Below, one piece after another: positions 62,301-64,000 of a stretch of 64,000 nt of DNA; the first letter of the stretch is position 1, and the number at the start of each line of letters is the position of its first letter. A program made the position numbers and the translations under genes. Source of the DNA: Hydrolagus colliei (taxonomy: Eukaryota); NCBI GenBank assembly GCA_035084275.1, contig CM068742.1:44826001-44890000 (forward strand), given 5' to 3'. The notes below the pieces were generated by a model. It was not told the DNA's origin. It saw only the letters and a program-made list of their open reading frames with translations, and made no database searches.

Positions 62301-64000
62301 CAGCTTATTTTCATACCTGGCATTGAAAATGCACAAAAATAATTCCCAGAATATATTCTAAGCATCTCTGACCTACGCAAATTCTTGATAACGTGTCAAG
62401 AAACTGGAGTAGGGTATTGTTACCATGAGGTGCCATGTTATTCTAAATCTTATAAATAGCATTCAAGAAGGAAAAACGACTATCCTTGATTATAACCTTC
62501 CACAATTAACTCTGTCACAGATCCTGAATAGTTGAGGCTGAAAATGTGTCTCGCCTAAGGCTACAAGACAAGGTGGGTCTTAAAATTAAGGTCTGCGGGA
62601 TATTTGGAAAAAATTAATATTCTCCTTTTGACAATTGGAGAAAACCAGCTTCAAATCAAGAATTGACCACAAGTCTGCGCAATCTTCAGTTTCAAACTTT
62701 ACAGGAAACAACTAGGTAATGTTTCAATTACTTTCTAAAGAAAATCGCAACTAATGGTGACTTAACATTTATATAAAAGATCATATAAAATCCTACTTAA
62801 GTGGCACCCAGACTGGAAGAAATAGAAATAGCATTCTACTCAAGTGGGTGCAACAAGTCAAATAGAAATAGCTTTTAGCACTAAATCACTCATTCACATT
62901 TTATTCTTAAAGTTTCTGATGCTGACAAGTGGATTTTTGTTCAATTAAGCAGGATTGCAGCCATACCTTTGCTGGTTACTTGTTTAATACTATATGTCAC
63001 ATAGACCATGCCTCACTGTTATTAAATATTCTTCCTATCTCTACCATCTTTTGTATTATGAGTTTCCAAAAAGGCAATGCATTCCTGGTCGAAAATTTCC
63101 ATGTTCAGGCCTTACCAGTTGCAATGGAAAATCACAGTAATGCTGAACTTAACTCCTTCCTGCCGATAATGAGTGCTTATTACCTTCTCATGCAAAATCT
63201 CATTGCAAATGGCCTTGACATTTCATTATTAAAGGGTTAAAGGGGTGTGGAACATGGTGTGTGGGTTGGGTGGGGAGTGGGGGAGGGGAGAATAGAGTGC
63301 TTTAAAGTGTATCACCCAGAATATTGGAAAAATTCCAGCAGAAAAGGTCAAAGGATAACCAGAATGATTCACGAAATTAATAAGTGGGGTGAAAGGGTTT
63401 AGCTAAACTGGGTAAGCTTGTGCGTTTATTTACCCTAAGGGTGTTTGAAACAATAAGGTGAACTGATAAGCTAGATCTTTCCAGCCTTCTTTCTACCACC
63501 ATCAGTGCTTAGACCAATGAATTCTACTCCCTACTTCCTCTCAATCTATCTTTAAATCTTAGAGGAACCCCAACCCTTAAAGATATACACTAATCTTCAG
63601 AGTCATCCAATTCTCCAAATTGAGCCAGATATCAGTGTTCCAAAGTGTAACATTAAATATTCAACATCAATAAGTTACTGGTTTAATGTACTTTAGCTGC
63701 AGTGGAAATACATTTTTTTTAAATTACCAAACCAAATTTTAATTTGTCATAAAAGCTTTGGAAATATAAAATTTGTAAAGATGTTGCCCAGTTTGAAACT
63801 GAGTCATACCCTTGGAAGGTCCAAGTTCGATTTCCAATCTGTAATGAGTTTGCTGATCTCAGCCAAAACATCAGGAGAGTTGTCCTCCATATTTCTGGTC
63901 TCGAGGTGAGCAAAAGCAGCTAGAATCCTGATATCAGTTGCTATCTATTTACCCTTGCGAAAAGGTGTTTGAAAGTCAATCGAGAACTTGATAGAGGTCT

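Overview
Eukaryotic, AT-rich, repeat-dense vertebrate DNA. The repeat mix (young L2 LINEs with (TTG)n tails, CR1 with (ATTCTATG)n tails, tRNA-headed SINEs, Deu-domain SINEs, a Penelope-like terminus) points to a cartilaginous fish, possibly a chimaera; this is inference. No complete host gene is present. The one clearly recognisable host coding segment is an intact minus-strand RCC1-repeat exon (42634-42853). Several other minus-strand exon-like blocks carry in-frame stops and may belong to one decayed (unitary pseudo)gene. Mobile elements include a near-intact 2.5-kb L2 (11119-13655), a CR1 3' half, three copies of a TAGGG-ended hAT-type non-autonomous family (two with clear 8-bp TSDs, two carrying a G-rich minisatellite), and a CpG-rich 2.1-kb CAGGG-ended element with a 5-bp TSD that holds a captured RTE-like RT fragment. 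Other structure: a degenerate Penelope-type hammerhead motif, a ~98% identical 351-bp inverted duplication, and an old tandem duplication with an indel-free 106-nt core. There is one 172-N gap. Repeat boundaries were read by eye and are approximate unless a TSD, TIR or splice site is quoted.
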